NCBI GenBank assembly: GCA_963774175.1
Contig: CAVZDT010000023.1
Location: 4,542-68,541 of the forward strand
Reading direction: 5' to 3'
DNA: 64,000 nucleotides
Source of the DNA: an uncultured Acidobacteriaceae bacterium
Lineage (GTDB): Bacteria; Acidobacteriota; Terriglobia; Terriglobales; Acidobacteriaceae
The first letter of the stretch is position 1; each line of letters opens with the position of its first letter. Both the position numbers and the translations under genes were made by a program. Positions 12,795 through 22,866 of the stretch are shown one piece after another. A model generated the notes under the pieces. That model made no database searches. It was not told the DNA's origin and saw only the letters and a list, made by a program, of their open reading frames with translations.

Positions 12795-13229
12795 CTAGAC
12801 AACTTCAATGCCCATCGAGCGGGCTGTTCCCTTGATGCTCTTGATCGCCGCGTCAATTGAGGCTGCGTTGAGATCGGGCATCTTCTGCGTGGCGATCTCG
12901 CGCACCTGTTTCTCGGTTACCTTGCCCACCTTTTCCTTGTTCGGCGTGCCGGAACCCTTGGCAAGACCCGCAGCCTTCTTCAACAGAACCGATGCCGGCG
13001 GAGTCTTGGTGATGAACGTAAAGCTGCGATCGCCATAGACCGTGATGACAACCGGGATGATGAGCCCGGCCATTTCCTTGTTCTGCGTGCGTGCGTTGAA
13101 CTGCTTGCAGAACTCCATGATGTTGACCTGCGCCTGGCCCAACGCAGGACCGACCGGCGGCGCCGGTGTGGCCTTCGCGGCTTCAATCTGCAGCTTGACC
13201 ACTGCGTTTACTTTCTTCGGAGGTGCCAT
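12795..13229 (-). CDS. rplK: 50S ribosomal protein L11
   Basis: [29 protein letters not shown]...[14 protein letters not shown]...GTARSMG. Confidence 0.99.
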   Translation of the reverse strand: MAPPKKVNAVVKLQIEAAKATPAPPVGPALGQAQVNIMEFCKQFNARTQNKEMAGLIIPVVITVYGDRSFTFITKTPPASVLLKKAAGLAKGSGTPNKEKVGKVTEKQVREIATQKMPDLNAASIDAAIKSIKGTARSMGIEVV

Positions 13230-13248
13230 AAAATCAGTTCCTTCGGAA

Positions 13249-13390
13249 CTAGCTACTAGCCTCTAGCTGCTAGCTGCCAGTTATCTATACTTCGATTGAT
13301 TTTGAAATCGCAGCCAATCGCTTCGCCTCTAACCGGCGCCCGCTAGAAAGAATCGCCAGCTAGAAGCTAGAGGCTAGGAGCTAGAGGCTG
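13249..13390. repeat. Inverted heptamer-repeat array #3 (nusG-rplK spacer)
   Basis: CTAGCTA CTAGCCT CTAGCTG CTAGCTG CCAGTT ...about 75 nt... CAGCTAG AAGCTAG AGGCTAG GAGCTAG AGGCTG. Confidence 0.9.
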
Positions 13391-13978
13391 TTATTCAATC
13401 TTTTCAACTTTGCTGAACTCCAACTCGACCGGGGTGGAGCGTCCGAAGATGGTCACCATGACCTTCATCGTCTCGCGATCTTCGTTGATCTCATCCACCA
13501 CGCCATTGAAGTTGGCAAAGGGCCCGTCGGTAATCCGCACGGACTCGTTCTTCTCAAACTTGATCTTCATCCGCGGCTTCTCTTTAGCCGTCTCAGACCG
13601 GAAGAGGATGGAACTCACTTCTTCCTCGCTGAGCGCCACTGGCTTGTCGCCGGTCCCCAAAAAGCCGGTCACCTTCGGCGTATCTTTCAGGACGTGCCAC
13701 AGGTTATTGTCGAGATCCATTTCGACCAGCACATAGCCAGGCAGAAAAACGCGCTCCACCGTGCGCTTCTTGCCATTGATGATCTCGGTCACTGGCTCAG
13801 TGGGAATCATCACCCGTCCAACCTTGTCCCGCAGTCCAAAAGCCTGCACGCGGCTCTCGATCGACTCGCGCACTTTGCGCTCGAATCCCGAGTAGGCGTG
13901 GAGGATGTACCACTTGAAGCGCTCGTTATGTTCGGGCGCTGGCTGTTGTTCGGCGGGCTGTTCTGTCTCTTCTGCCAT
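13391..13978 (-). CDS. nusG: Transcription termination/antitermination factor NusG
   Basis: KWYILHAYSGFERKV...FLPGYVLVEM...TPKVTGFLG...GPFANFNGVV...IFGRSTPVEL; start MAEE with AGGA RBS. Confidence 0.98.
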   Translation of the reverse strand: MAEETEQPAEQQPAPEHNERFKWYILHAYSGFERKVRESIESRVQAFGLRDKVGRVMIPTEPVTEIINGKKRTVERVFLPGYVLVEMDLDNNLWHVLKDTPKVTGFLGTGDKPVALSEEEVSSILFRSETAKEKPRMKIKFEKNESVRITDGPFANFNGVVDEINEDRETMKVMVTIFGRSTPVELEFSKVEKIE

Positions 13979-14005
13979 TCCTGTCTCGATTCGATGCTGC
14001 ACGTC

Positions 14006-14302
14006 TTATTGCGCGCCCAGCTTGTGTAGTACCGCCTGAAGGGCTCTGCTGAAGATGCTATCCGTCACCCAGAAGAAAAATCCAAAGATAAACACGGTGA
14101 CGATCACGACCGAGGTCGTGGCCTGCACTTCTTTCCGGGTAGGCGTCACAACCTTCTTCATCTCCGCGCGCACATCGCTCAGGAATCGGGTGAGGTTGCC
14201 CCATGTGCTCAACGCGCCACCGGAGATATTCGATAAGGCGTTCGGTTCCTGCCGCCTGGCAGAACCGTTGTCGCCCTTCTTGATTGCTGAATCTGTTGCC
14301 AT
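14006..14302 (-). CDS. secE: Preprotein translocase subunit SecE
   Basis: FLSDVRAEMKKVVTPTRKEV plus one TM helix; position before nusG. Confidence 0.95.
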   Translation of the reverse strand: MATDSAIKKGDNGSARRQEPNALSNISGGALSTWGNLTRFLSDVRAEMKKVVTPTRKEVQATTSVVIVTVFIFGFFFWVTDSIFSRALQAVLHKLGAQ

Positions 14303-14317
14303 ACTTCCAATCCTTCT

Positions 14318-14404
14318 CAGTGGGTGGTGATCGGTGAACAGTGATCAGTTTCCGTGTCCGATAGCGGCTTTTACTGATCCCTGCTCCCTGATCCCCGATC
14401 CCCG
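14318..14404. repeat. Inverted heptamer-repeat array #4 (tRNA-Trp-secE spacer)
   Basis: CAGTGGG TGGTGAT CGGTGAA CAGTGAT CAGT ... ACTG ATCCCTG CTCCCTG ATCCCCG ATCCCCG. Confidence 0.8.
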
Positions 14405-14410
14405 TTTCTT

Positions 14411-14486
14411 TGGCAGGGGCGGAGGGATTCGAACCCCCAAGTTCGGTTTTGGAGACCGACAGTTTAACCGTTGAGCTTACGCCCCT
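14411..14486 (-). tRNA. tRNA-Trp (CCA)
   Basis: AGGGGCG acceptor stem, anticodon loop CT-CCA-AA, GGTTCGAATCC, encoded CCA end. Confidence 0.97.
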
Positions 14487-14491
14487 AAAAG

Positions 14492-14606
14492 CAGTGAACA
14501 GTGTTCAGTGTTCAGTGATCAGTTTCTATTCTCACCGATGCGGGCGATTGTCTCGTCCTGCCGATGCTCAAAACTGATCACTGTTCCCTGTTCACTGACC
14601 ACTGTC
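14492..14606. repeat. Inverted heptamer-repeat array #5 (rpmG-tRNA-Trp spacer)
   Basis: CAGTGAA CAGTGTT CAGTGTT CAGTGAT CAGTTT ...about 45 nt... AAACTG ATCACTG TTCCCTG TTCACTG ACCACTG TC. Confidence 0.9.
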
Positions 14607-14608
14607 TT

Positions 14609-14758
14609 CTACTTCGTTTCCTTGTGCGGCTGGTGCTTGCGGCAGCGGTTACAGAACTTCTTGAACTCGAGACGGCCGGTGGTCGTCTTCTTGTTCTTGG
14701 TTGTAGAGTAGTTCCGCTCCTTGCACTCCGTACACTGCAATGTCACAATTTCCCGCAT
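14609..14758 (-). CDS. rpmG: 50S ribosomal protein L33 (zinc-binding form; not in ORF track)
   Basis: Manual translation [49 protein letters not shown]. Confidence 0.97.
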   Translation of the reverse strand: MREIVTLQCTECKERNYSTTKNKKTTTGRLEFKKFCNRCRKHQPHKETK

Positions 14759-14770
14759 TTCAAATCCTTC

Positions 14771-14839
14771 CGGCCTTCAGCTCTCAGCCTTCAGCTTTCA
14801 GTTTTGAGCTGATAGCTGAAAGCTGACGGCTGATAGCTC
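14771..14839. repeat. Inverted heptamer-repeat array #6 (tuf-rpmG spacer)
   Basis: CGGCCTT CAGCTCT CAGCCTT CAGCTTT CAGTTT / GAGCTG ATAGCTG AAAGCTG ACGGCTG ATAGCTC. Confidence 0.9.
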
Positions 14840-14843
14840 GCAC

Positions 14844-16031
<1,188 letters not shown>

Positions 16032-16054
16032 GCTCGATTCCTTCCCTCGAATTT

Positions 16055-16167
16055 CAGCTATCAGCCATCAGCTTTTAGCCATTAGCTCATCGTGCTCAAA
16101 CTTGCCAAATCGACCCAACCTGCCACCGGCCAACCTGAAGACTGATGGCTGATAGCTGAGGGCTGTC
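16055..16167. repeat. Inverted heptamer-repeat array #7 (upstream of tuf)
   Basis: CAGCTAT CAGCCAT CAGCTTT TAGCCAT TAGCTC ...about 43 nt... AACCTG AAGACTG ATGGCTG ATAGCTG AGGGCTG TC. Confidence 0.9.
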
Positions 16168-16170
16168 TTT

Positions 16171-16479
16171 TCAGTAATACGCGTACACCTTCAAATACCT
16201 TTGCCGCAGATCCGCCGGCACCTTCTCGACCAGTCGCAGATAACGCTCGCGAGTCAAGCCCTGGTCAGAAACCTTCAGCCCCTTGTAGAGCGTAATCGCA
16301 TCCTTGCCCAGCAGTCCGCGATTGAGCACTCCCTCGAAGTCGCGAATCCGCAGCTTCGAGCGCGTCACCCGGTTCAGAAAGACTTCCACGTCGCTCGAGG
16401 CAAACTTCGCATCGATCTGCGAATGAAGTGCCGCATATGTCTTCTCATCCTGTACCGCGATCGTTGCCTGCTCAAACAT
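16171..16479 (-). CDS. Hypothetical protein (102 aa) between tRNA-Gly and tuf
   Basis: Clean ORF with GAGG RBS, co-oriented with the operon, fills the gap between arrays #7 and #8. Confidence 0.8.
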   Translation of the reverse strand: MFEQATIAVQDEKTYAALHSQIDAKFASSDVEVFLNRVTRSKLRIRDFEGVLNRGLLGKDAITLYKGLKVSDQGLTRERYLRLVEKVPADLRQRYLKVYAYY

Positions 16480-16488
16480 CCTTTACCT

Positions 16489-16595
16489 CAGCTTCTAGCT
16501 TCCAGCCACTAGCTTCCAGCTTTATTCGCCTCACGCTCGCCGCAGCGGCCTGTTCACCCGCCACCAGAGCTAGAAGGTAAAAGCTCGTGGCTGTC
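16489..16595. repeat. Inverted heptamer-repeat array #8 (after tRNA-Gly)
   Basis: CAGCTT CTAGCTT CCAGCCA CTAGCTT CCAGCTT ... GAGCTAG AAGGTAA AAGCTCG TGGCTG TC. Confidence 0.8.
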
Positions 16596-16598
16596 TTT

Positions 16599-16673
16599 TG
16601 GAGCGGGAGACGGGACTCGAACCCGCGACCAACAGCTTGGAAGGCTGTGACTCTACCACTGAGTTACTCCCGC
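16599..16673 (-). tRNA. tRNA-Gly (TCC)
   Basis: GCGGGAG acceptor stem, anticodon loop CT-TCC-AA, GGTTCGAGTCC, TCCA end. Confidence 0.97.
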
Positions 16674-16679
16674 CCGAAA

Positions 16680-16790
16680 CAGTTGTCAGTTCCAAGTTGT
16701 CAGTCATCAGTTTCTCTTCGCTTGATCAGGGCCCTCAAACTCGACCCGGTGCGTTTTAACTGACAACTGAAAACTGATCCCCGAAAACTT
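16680..16790. repeat. Inverted heptamer-repeat array #9 (between tRNA-Thr and tRNA-Gly)
   Basis: CAGTTGT CAGTTCC AAGTTGT CAGTCAT CAGTTT ... AACTG ACAACTG AAAACTG ATCCCCG AAAACTT. Confidence 0.85.
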
Positions 16791-16796
16791 GAACTC

Positions 16797-16872
<76 letters not shown>

Positions 16873-16882
16873 CCTCAAAATG

Positions 16883-16990
16883 CAGCCTCAAGCTTCTTGC
16901 CGTTAGCTTCCAGCTGAAGTCTGCCGGTACGAGCCACATCGACTCAACACAAGCAAAAGCCAGGAGCTAGAGGCTAAAGGCTAGTGGCTG
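16883..16990. repeat. Inverted heptamer-repeat array #10 (before tRNA-Thr; overlaps the stop of the upstream ORF)
   Basis: CAGCCT CAAGCTT CTTGCCG TTAGCTT CCAGCTG ... AAGCCAG GAGCTAG AGGCTAA AGGCTAG TGGCTG. Confidence 0.8.
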
Positions 16991-17262
16991 CCCTTTTCCC
17001 CTTCACGGCGGATCTTCTCCGCCTGCATCGCCACCACGGTGCGCAACGCAAATGCCCCGATGATGACCAGTGGAATCAGCCTCAACTCCACCAACCGCCC
17101 CCCGATCAAAATCTTTCCATCAAGGGTAAACCAACTCAGTAAAGCCAGAACGGCGTAAAGGAACATCGCCACTCTGTATTTCCGGGCCATTTCCTGACCC
17201 GACAATTTCAAACCTTCGCGCCCTGAACCCGCGTCCATCCCCGCAACCGGTTCCTCGCGCAT
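16981..17262 (-). CDS. Small hypothetical membrane protein (2 TM) inside the tRNA cluster; start uncertain (17262, 17238 or 17190)
   Basis: VAMFLYAVLALLSWFTL and LIPLVIIGAFALRTVVAM hydrophobic segments; GAGG before ATG 17262. Confidence 0.7.
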   Translation of the reverse strand: MREEPVAGMDAGSGREGLKLSGQEMARKYRVAMFLYAVLALLSWFTLDGKILIGGRLVELRLIPLVIIGAFALRTVVAMQAEKIRREGEKGSH

Positions 17263-17325
17263 CCCAAATCCCTCAAACTCAGAACACCGGCAGCAGAACA
17301 ACTGACCACTAATCCCTGCTGTTTA

Positions 17326-17413
17326 TGGTGCACAGGGGAGGATTCGAACCTCCGTAACTCGAATGAGTGGCAGATTTACAGTCTGCTGCCATTAACCGCT
17401 CGGCCACCTGTGC
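17326..17413 (-). tRNA. tRNA-Tyr (GTA)
   Basis: GCACAGG/CCTGTGC acceptor stem, anticodon loop CT-GTA-AA, long variable arm, ACCA end. Confidence 0.97.
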
Positions 17414-17418
17414 CCAAA

Positions 17419-17515
17419 TACCCCGAAAACGAAGACCTGTTTTTGGGGACCCCGTATCCATCGACAAAAGCCGGGTGCCCCATCCCAACCGCCTTTTTTG
17501 CGGCTTGGGTGGGAA
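17419..17515. repeat. Two REP-like palindromic elements
   Basis: CCCCGAAAAC...GTTTTTGGGGACCCCG hairpin, and GGGTGCCCCATCC...GGGTGGGAA element; both have relatives at 25519-25640. Confidence 0.6.
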
Positions 17516-17712
17516 GACCACTTCTCCCAGCCAAACAAACTTCAACACCCCTGCCAACCCGCTTCCGCGCATCACGACCTTACCGGATAGCCTCCGGACA
17601 CTCGGAGCATGCACCTCAGTGGGATCACCGCAGAGGACAATCCGGCGCTTCAATCATGCCGCCGGACCTTCAAAAAAATGCTGCCGTCCGCCTTTCCGGA
17701 TCTGTCTCTAAG

Positions 17713-17788
17713 TGGAGCTGGCGAAGGGATTTGAACCCCCGACCCTCTGATTACAAATCAGATGCTCTACCAGCTGAGCTACGCCAGC
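17713..17788 (-). tRNA. tRNA-Thr (TGT)
   Basis: GCTGGCG acceptor stem, anticodon loop TT-TGT-AA, GGTTCAAATCC, CCA end. Confidence 0.97.
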
Positions 17789-17873
17789 CCGACCACCGCC
17801 AAGACATTTGCCGGGAACGCCGTCAAATCCGCGGACACACTCCCGCTCCGCGCATAACACGGCACAGTTTCTA

Positions 17874-17902
17874 AGGTTAGCACACCCCTTCATGTGGATC
17901 AA
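17874..17902 (-). promoter_or_regulatory. Sigma70-type promoter of the tRNA-tuf operon
   Basis: - strand TTGATC-17 nt-TAACCT with extended -10 TG. Confidence 0.6.
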
Positions 17903-18124
17903 ACGAGACCGCGCCGGGTCTGAAAGCTATCGAAAATCACCTCCAAAATCGCTTCCGGACCGCTCCATTTCGTTCTCTTGAACCCCGGATTCACAAAATC
18001 TGCCGCGATTATCGCGCCAAATCGCGCACCGCCTACAATCCTCTATTCCATGAATAGTCTTGACAGAAGCTGTGAGCGGCGGGAACCTTCTAGGGCAGCC
18101 AGTCTTTTCCCCGAAGGAAGCCCT

Positions 18125-19129
18125 ATGAAATTACAAAGAACACTCCCTGCCTGCCTGGCCGGCCTGTTCCTCTTCTCCGGGATCTTCATCTCTGCAGCCG
18201 ATTCACAGACGGCTTCGCGGCGCCGTCCACGCATCGCGGTGCTCGACTTCGATTACGCCACGGTTCAGACGACGTCCGCCGCAATCTTTGGGACCAATGT
18301 GGATGTAGGCAAAGGCATTACAAACCTTTTAGTGACTGACCTGGTGAAGGATGGCACCTTCTCCATCATTGAACGCCAGGCGCTCGACAAGATCACGAGC
18401 GAGCAGAATTTCTCCAATTCCAACCGCGCTGACCCGAATAGCGCGGCAAGAATCGGCAAGCTGCTCGGCGTCGACGCAATCATCGTTGGCAGCATCACCG
18501 AGTTCGGCAACGAGACCAAGAAGACCAATCTCGGCGGTGGCGGCGGAACCTGGCACGGAATTGGCCTGGGGAACATCGGCCACTCCAACAACAAGGCCAA
18601 TGTTGGAATCACCGCGCGGATCATCAATGTGGATACCGGCGAAATCATGGCCGTCGCCGACGGAACCGCGCAGTCCAGCCGCTCGAGCACCTCGATGCTG
18701 GGCGGCGGCGGCAACTGGAACGGATTTGGCGGCGGGAATGCCGATTTCGGCTCCAGCAATTTCCAGCAGACCATCATCGGCGAGGCCACCAAGGCCGCGG
18801 TGGATAAGCTCTCCGCGGGTCTCGTGGCCAACTCATCCAAGGTGAGCGTACGCACCATCACGGTGGAGGGGCTTGTCGCCGCGATCGACGGTGACCAGGT
18901 CATCCTGAACGTGGGCGGAAAAGCCGGCGTAAAAGTGGGCGATCAGCTCGAGGTGGTTCGCGTAACGCGGGAAATCAAGGACCCGTCGACGGGAGCCGTG
19001 ATTCGCCGCCTTTCGACCTCGGTGGGAGTCGTGAAGGCTACCGACGTTGACGATGCGTCCGCGGTCTGCTCCCCGGTATCAGGATCGGGCTTCAAAGTTG
19101 GCGACAAGGTGAAGACCGTCACCCAGTAA
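18125..19129 (+). CDS. CsgG/HfaB-family exported protein with small C-terminal beta domain
   Basis: RIAVLDFD...FSIIERQALDKITSEQ...IGKLLGVDAIIVGSITEFG...ARIINVDTGEI; signal peptide. Confidence 0.85.
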   Translation: MKLQRTLPACLAGLFLFSGIFISAADSQTASRRRPRIAVLDFDYATVQTTSAAIFGTNVDVGKGITNLLVTDLVKDGTFSIIERQALDKITSEQNFSNSNRADPNSAARIGKLLGVDAIIVGSITEFGNETKKTNLGGGGGTWHGIGLGNIGHSNNKANVGITARIINVDTGEIMAVADGTAQSSRSSTSMLGGGGNWNGFGGGNADFGSSNFQQTIIGEATKAAVDKLSAGLVANSSKVSVRTITVEGLVAAIDGDQVILNVGGKAGVKVGDQLEVVRVTREIKDPSTGAVIRRLSTSVGVVKATDVDDASAVCSPVSGSGFKVGDKVKTVTQ

Positions 19130-19134
19130 AAGAC

Positions 19135-19208
19135 CAGTTCGCAGTTCTTAGTTCGCAGTTACGACGACCCGATTCAAACTGTGAACTAAGACTCTGAACC
19201 ACGAAACT
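19135..19208. repeat. Inverted heptamer-repeat array #11 between convergent csgG-like and kinase genes
   Basis: CAGTTCG CAGTTCT TAGTTCG CAGTT ... AAACTG TGAACTA AGACTC TGAACC ACGAAACT. Confidence 0.75.
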
Positions 19209-20799
19209 ATTTCCCCAGAAACTTCTCCAGCTTCGCGATCTCCGCATCGGCGCGGTCCATGTAGTCGTTCGCGGTCTGCAGGTCGTTCTGGCCGAGGGCT
19301 CGATTCGCCTCATTCATCAGGCTCTGCATGCGGTTCATCGAGGTGAGGATGTCGCCTCGTATATCCAGCCCCTGCGCCTGTTGCTGGCTGCGAATCTGCT
19401 GCACTCCGCTCAGGGCCGAGTCCGCGCGCGCCCCAAGATTGATCATTCGATCATGAGCCTGGCGAATCTCCTGCGGAGACGGCCCCGCCGGAGGGGTTGG
19501 GGAATCGCTGCCTACTTTCTTTGGGGTATCGTTTGGCTGCGCTGGCGTCGAATTCACCGACTGCGCCGGCGTCGAATTCCCAGATGACCGTTTCTTTTCG
19601 GTTGCAGGTCGATTGCCTCCTGCCGCCCTCGGCTGGTTCGTTACGGTTGGAGACGTGCCCCCTCCTGTTTCCGGCGTTGGCTGTTGAGCCGGCTGCGTCG
19701 CATCGGCGGCGGGCGCAGCGCTCGGGGCCGTAGCTGCCGGCGCCGCAGGAATCTGTTGCTCAGTCTGAGCCACCGTCGCCTTCTGGTCGGCGTGGGTCGA
19801 GAGGAAACGTGGCACCACAGCCGCAACCGAAATCAGGGCGAGAATTGCAACCGCCGCGCCGATCCCGATCCACAGGCCGCGATGGTTTCCGCTGCCCGGA
19901 TTCCGCACAATTTGAGGAACTGCAACCGGAGCGAATTGCGGAGGCGCCGCCGGTGCAGCGGCTGCCGCCTGAACCGTTTGCGGGTCGCGCAGGGCTTTCA
20001 GTGCGTCTCGAAAATCATCCGCGGTCTGAAAGCGGTCCTCCTGCTGCTTGGCCATGGCGCGCAATACAACATCATTCAGCTGCTTCGGAATCGCCGGGTT
20101 CACTTCGATCAGCGGCACCGGCGGGACGTTCAAATGCGCGTTAAGCACGCTGTACGAGGTATCCGCCTGAAATGGCTTCTTCCCTGTAAGCATCTCGTAA
20201 AGCGTCACGCCCAGTGAGTAGACATCCGAGCGCGCGTCAATCGTCCCGCCGCGCACCTGTTCGGGTGACATGTAGTAGACCGAGCCCATGGTCGTGCCAG
20301 GACGCGTCAACTGCATGTCGTTGGCCGATTTGGCGATGCCGAAGTCCATCAGCTTCATCAGCCCGTGCGCGGTGATCATGATGTTCGCCGGCTTGATGTC
20401 GCGGTGCGTGACACCGCGACTGTGCGCATAGCTCAACGCGGAAAGCACTTGCGTTGCGATATCCAGGATCTTGTCGCGCGGAATTGGTGCTTGCGCGGCA
20501 AGCTTCTCCAGCGTGGTGCCCTCGACGTACTCCATCACCATCACGAACTGGTTTTGAATCTGGAAGGCGGTGCGCAGTTGCGCGATGCCGGGATGATCCA
20601 GGCCCGCCAGGGTGCGGATCTCCGCCATGAAGCGAGCCGCAAGCTCAGGATCGGATGCGAAGTCGGGAAGCAGAATCTTGAGCGCTTCCTCGCGGTTGGA
20701 GATGACGTTGCGAACCTTGTATACGCGGCCCATGCCACCCGAACCGAGAAGTGCAAGGACTTCGTAGTCGCCGACGCGCTGGCCAATTTCTGTCGCCAT
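19207..20799 (-). CDS. Hanks-type Ser/Thr protein kinase with one TM helix and periplasmic tail
   Basis: LGSGGMGRVY, ALK, HRDIKPANI, DFG, YMSPEQ, DVYSLG; TM LWIGIGAAVAILALISVAAVV. Confidence 0.95.
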   Translation of the reverse strand: MATEIGQRVGDYEVLALLGSGGMGRVYKVRNVISNREEALKILLPDFASDPELAARFMAEIRTLAGLDHPGIAQLRTAFQIQNQFVMVMEYVEGTTLEKLAAQAPIPRDKILDIATQVLSALSYAHSRGVTHRDIKPANIMITAHGLMKLMDFGIAKSANDMQLTRPGTTMGSVYYMSPEQVRGGTIDARSDVYSLGVTLYEMLTGKKPFQADTSYSVLNAHLNVPPVPLIEVNPAIPKQLNDVVLRAMAKQQEDRFQTADDFRDALKALRDPQTVQAAAAAPAAPPQFAPVAVPQIVRNPGSGNHRGLWIGIGAAVAILALISVAAVVPRFLSTHADQKATVAQTEQQIPAAPAATAPSAAPAADATQPAQQPTPETGGGTSPTVTNQPRAAGGNRPATEKKRSSGNSTPAQSVNSTPAQPNDTPKKVGSDSPTPPAGPSPQEIRQAHDRMINLGARADSALSGVQQIRSQQQAQGLDIRGDILTSMNRMQSLMNEANRALGQNDLQTANDYMDRADAEIAKLEKFLGK

Positions 20800-21095
20800 T
20801 GCGGGACCTCCGCGCGATGAGTTTTCCTGCCGGGGAAAAGGGACCCTTTTTGTAGAGGCGAGTCTACGCCATTTCCGTGTCTCAGCACAGGAGAATCTGT
20901 TCAGGCTTCGAATCTCTTCCTGCGAGGGCAAAATTGCCGCCCAAGAGGCGTATTCAGCGGAAGCGTTTCAGCTGTCCACAAAGGTGCAAACAGCTAGTGA
21001 TTTCGAACGAGCCTCTCCAGTGAGCAGGCTTGCGACGCGCATCACATATCGTTGCGAACTCTCAGTGATATATTCACTGACCGGCAAGGGGAACC

Positions 21096-21563
21096 ATGAA
21101 AAAACTTCTCGCAATATTTCTCTGTCTCTTGTTTCCGGTGAGCGCAATTGCCGGCGACAACGGCTACAAGATCGGCTATGACGGCGGATCGATACCGGAT
21201 GTCAAAGCCGGCACCGACATGAAGCTTTTTATCGAAGGCAGCAATATCCGGATCATGAAAGACAAAAAAGAGATCGCAGTCATTCCGGCTACCGCAGTCA
21301 CTGAGATCAGCTATGGCCAAGACGTTCATAGACGCGTGGGGGCCGCAATAGGCGTCGCCGTCGTCTCTTTTGGTATCGGAGCTCTGCTCGCGCTCACCAA
21401 GTCGAAAAAGCACTTCATCGGTCTGACTTGGGACGATGCCGGCAAGAAGGGCGGTTGTGCATTTCAAGCCGATAAGAATGACTACCGTGGATTGCTCGCC
21501 GGGCTTGAAGGAGTCACCGGCAAGAAAGCAGTCGATTCCGACACAATGACCGTCAAAAACTGA
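21096..21563 (+). CDS. Hypothetical exported protein
   Basis: Signal peptide MKKLLAIFLCLLFPVSAIA; AAGGGG RBS. Confidence 0.75.
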   Translation: MKKLLAIFLCLLFPVSAIAGDNGYKIGYDGGSIPDVKAGTDMKLFIEGSNIRIMKDKKEIAVIPATAVTEISYGQDVHRRVGAAIGVAVVSFGIGALLALTKSKKHFIGLTWDDAGKKGGCAFQADKNDYRGLLAGLEGVTGKKAVDSDTMTVKN

Positions 21564-21775
21564 CGCTAGCTTCCACCTGGGAGTCCCGACTCCGCGGTTC
21601 CTCAATTCGAGGACACGGTTCCGTTTGTTTGCGCCGCAACGATCTCGGATCGAACCTTCCTGGCCATCTCCGCTCGCCCTCACCCTCAGAATCCCCTTGC
21701 CTGCTGCGGCCTCTCCGGAGGATGATTCCGATATTCCCGCAGATCGCACGCTGTTTCCTGTCGAGGTGGATTTTC

Positions 21776-22630
21776 ATGCGTAAAGCACTCCTTGCCTGCC
21801 TGGTCCTGCTGTTGGGCACCGCACTTCTGGCGCAGCAGTCGCTGAACAACGATTCCGTGATGAAGCTCGTCAAGGCCGGCCTATCCGAGGACCTGATCAT
21901 CACCACCATCAACTCCTCGCCCGGCACCTACGACACCTCGGCCAACGGCCTTATCGCTCTCAAACAGGCCGGTGCCAGCGACAAGGTCGTCGCCGCCATC
22001 GTGCTCAAGGCCGCGGGATCGTCGGCCACACTGCCTGCCTCAGCCCCGGCGGCAGCGGGCTCTTCCGGCACCACTATCGGCGGCGTCGCCATCGGCGGAA
22101 CAGCGACACCCGGCGGCTCTGCATCCGTGGGAGGATTGCCCGCGGGCATCGACGACGTCGGCGTCTACTACCTCGACAGCTCTTCGAACACCTGGCAGGA
22201 GGTTCCCGCCGAGGTCGTGAACTTCAAGACCGGCGGCGCGCTCAAGCACATTGCCTCCGTCGGAATCATCAAGGGTGACATGAATGGCCTGATCGGCGGC
22301 AACCGCGCCCGCCTCATTATCAAGATGCCGGCCTCCTTCATCTTCTACCTGCCCGAGGGCCGCTCCCCGGGCGAGTACCAACTCCTCCGCTTGCGCGTGA
22401 ATGCCGACAGCCGCGAATTCCGTGCCACCACCGGCGGCGTCGTTCATGAGTCCGGCGGCGCTTTGCGGGACGTGGTCGATTACACCCCAAAGAAAGTCGC
22501 GCCCCGCGTCTATCAGGTGATCCTCGGCGACGAACTCGGGAAGGGCGAATTCGGCATTCTGCCGCCCGCTGAGGGTGGAAACAACATCGCCAGTTCCGGC
22601 AAGATCTACACCTTCGCGCTGGTTCCCTGA
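21776..22630 (+). CDS. Hypothetical exported protein
   Basis: Signal peptide MRKALLACLVLLLGTALLA; short helical N-domain (LNNDSVMKLVKAGLSEDLII), A/G/S linker; GAGGTG RBS. Confidence 0.8.
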   Translation: MRKALLACLVLLLGTALLAQQSLNNDSVMKLVKAGLSEDLIITTINSSPGTYDTSANGLIALKQAGASDKVVAAIVLKAAGSSATLPASAPAAAGSSGTTIGGVAIGGTATPGGSASVGGLPAGIDDVGVYYLDSSSNTWQEVPAEVVNFKTGGALKHIASVGIIKGDMNGLIGGNRARLIIKMPASFIFYLPEGRSPGEYQLLRLRVNADSREFRATTGGVVHESGGALRDVVDYTPKKVAPRVYQVILGDELGKGEFGILPPAEGGNNIASSGKIYTFALVP

Positions 22631-22650
22631 GTCGATCGCCAACCCCTCCG

Positions 22651-22687
22651 GAAAGGAAGGTCGTCTCTAAAAGGCGCTTCCTTCTCT
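22651..22687 (+). terminator. Possible terminator hairpin
   Basis: GAAAGGAAG...CTTCCTTCTC imperfect stem just after the stop at 22630. Confidence 0.35.
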
Positions 22688-22740
22688 CGCCCCACGAGGG
22701 CGGAAGTCCCGATTGCGCGGCGTCAAAAAGGCCTGTTACT

Positions 22741-22768
22741 CCCTACCCCCTGTTCCCTGTTCCCTGTT
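22741..22768. repeat. Single-arm heptamer tandem repeat
   Basis: CCCTACC CCCTGTT CCCTGTT CCCTGTT. Confidence 0.6.
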
Positions 22769-22866
22769 CAAGATCCCTGCATTACGCAGAAAGCTGCCTC
22801 ATTCTCATCCTCTCGAGCCCCTTCCGATATCCTGTACAGGGACGCCTCTCGCAGGCTGCTCTACAG

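Noticed and set aside
18125-19129. Curli secretion system
   Set aside because: Only a CsgG-fold protein; no curlin subunits or csgE/csgF nearby
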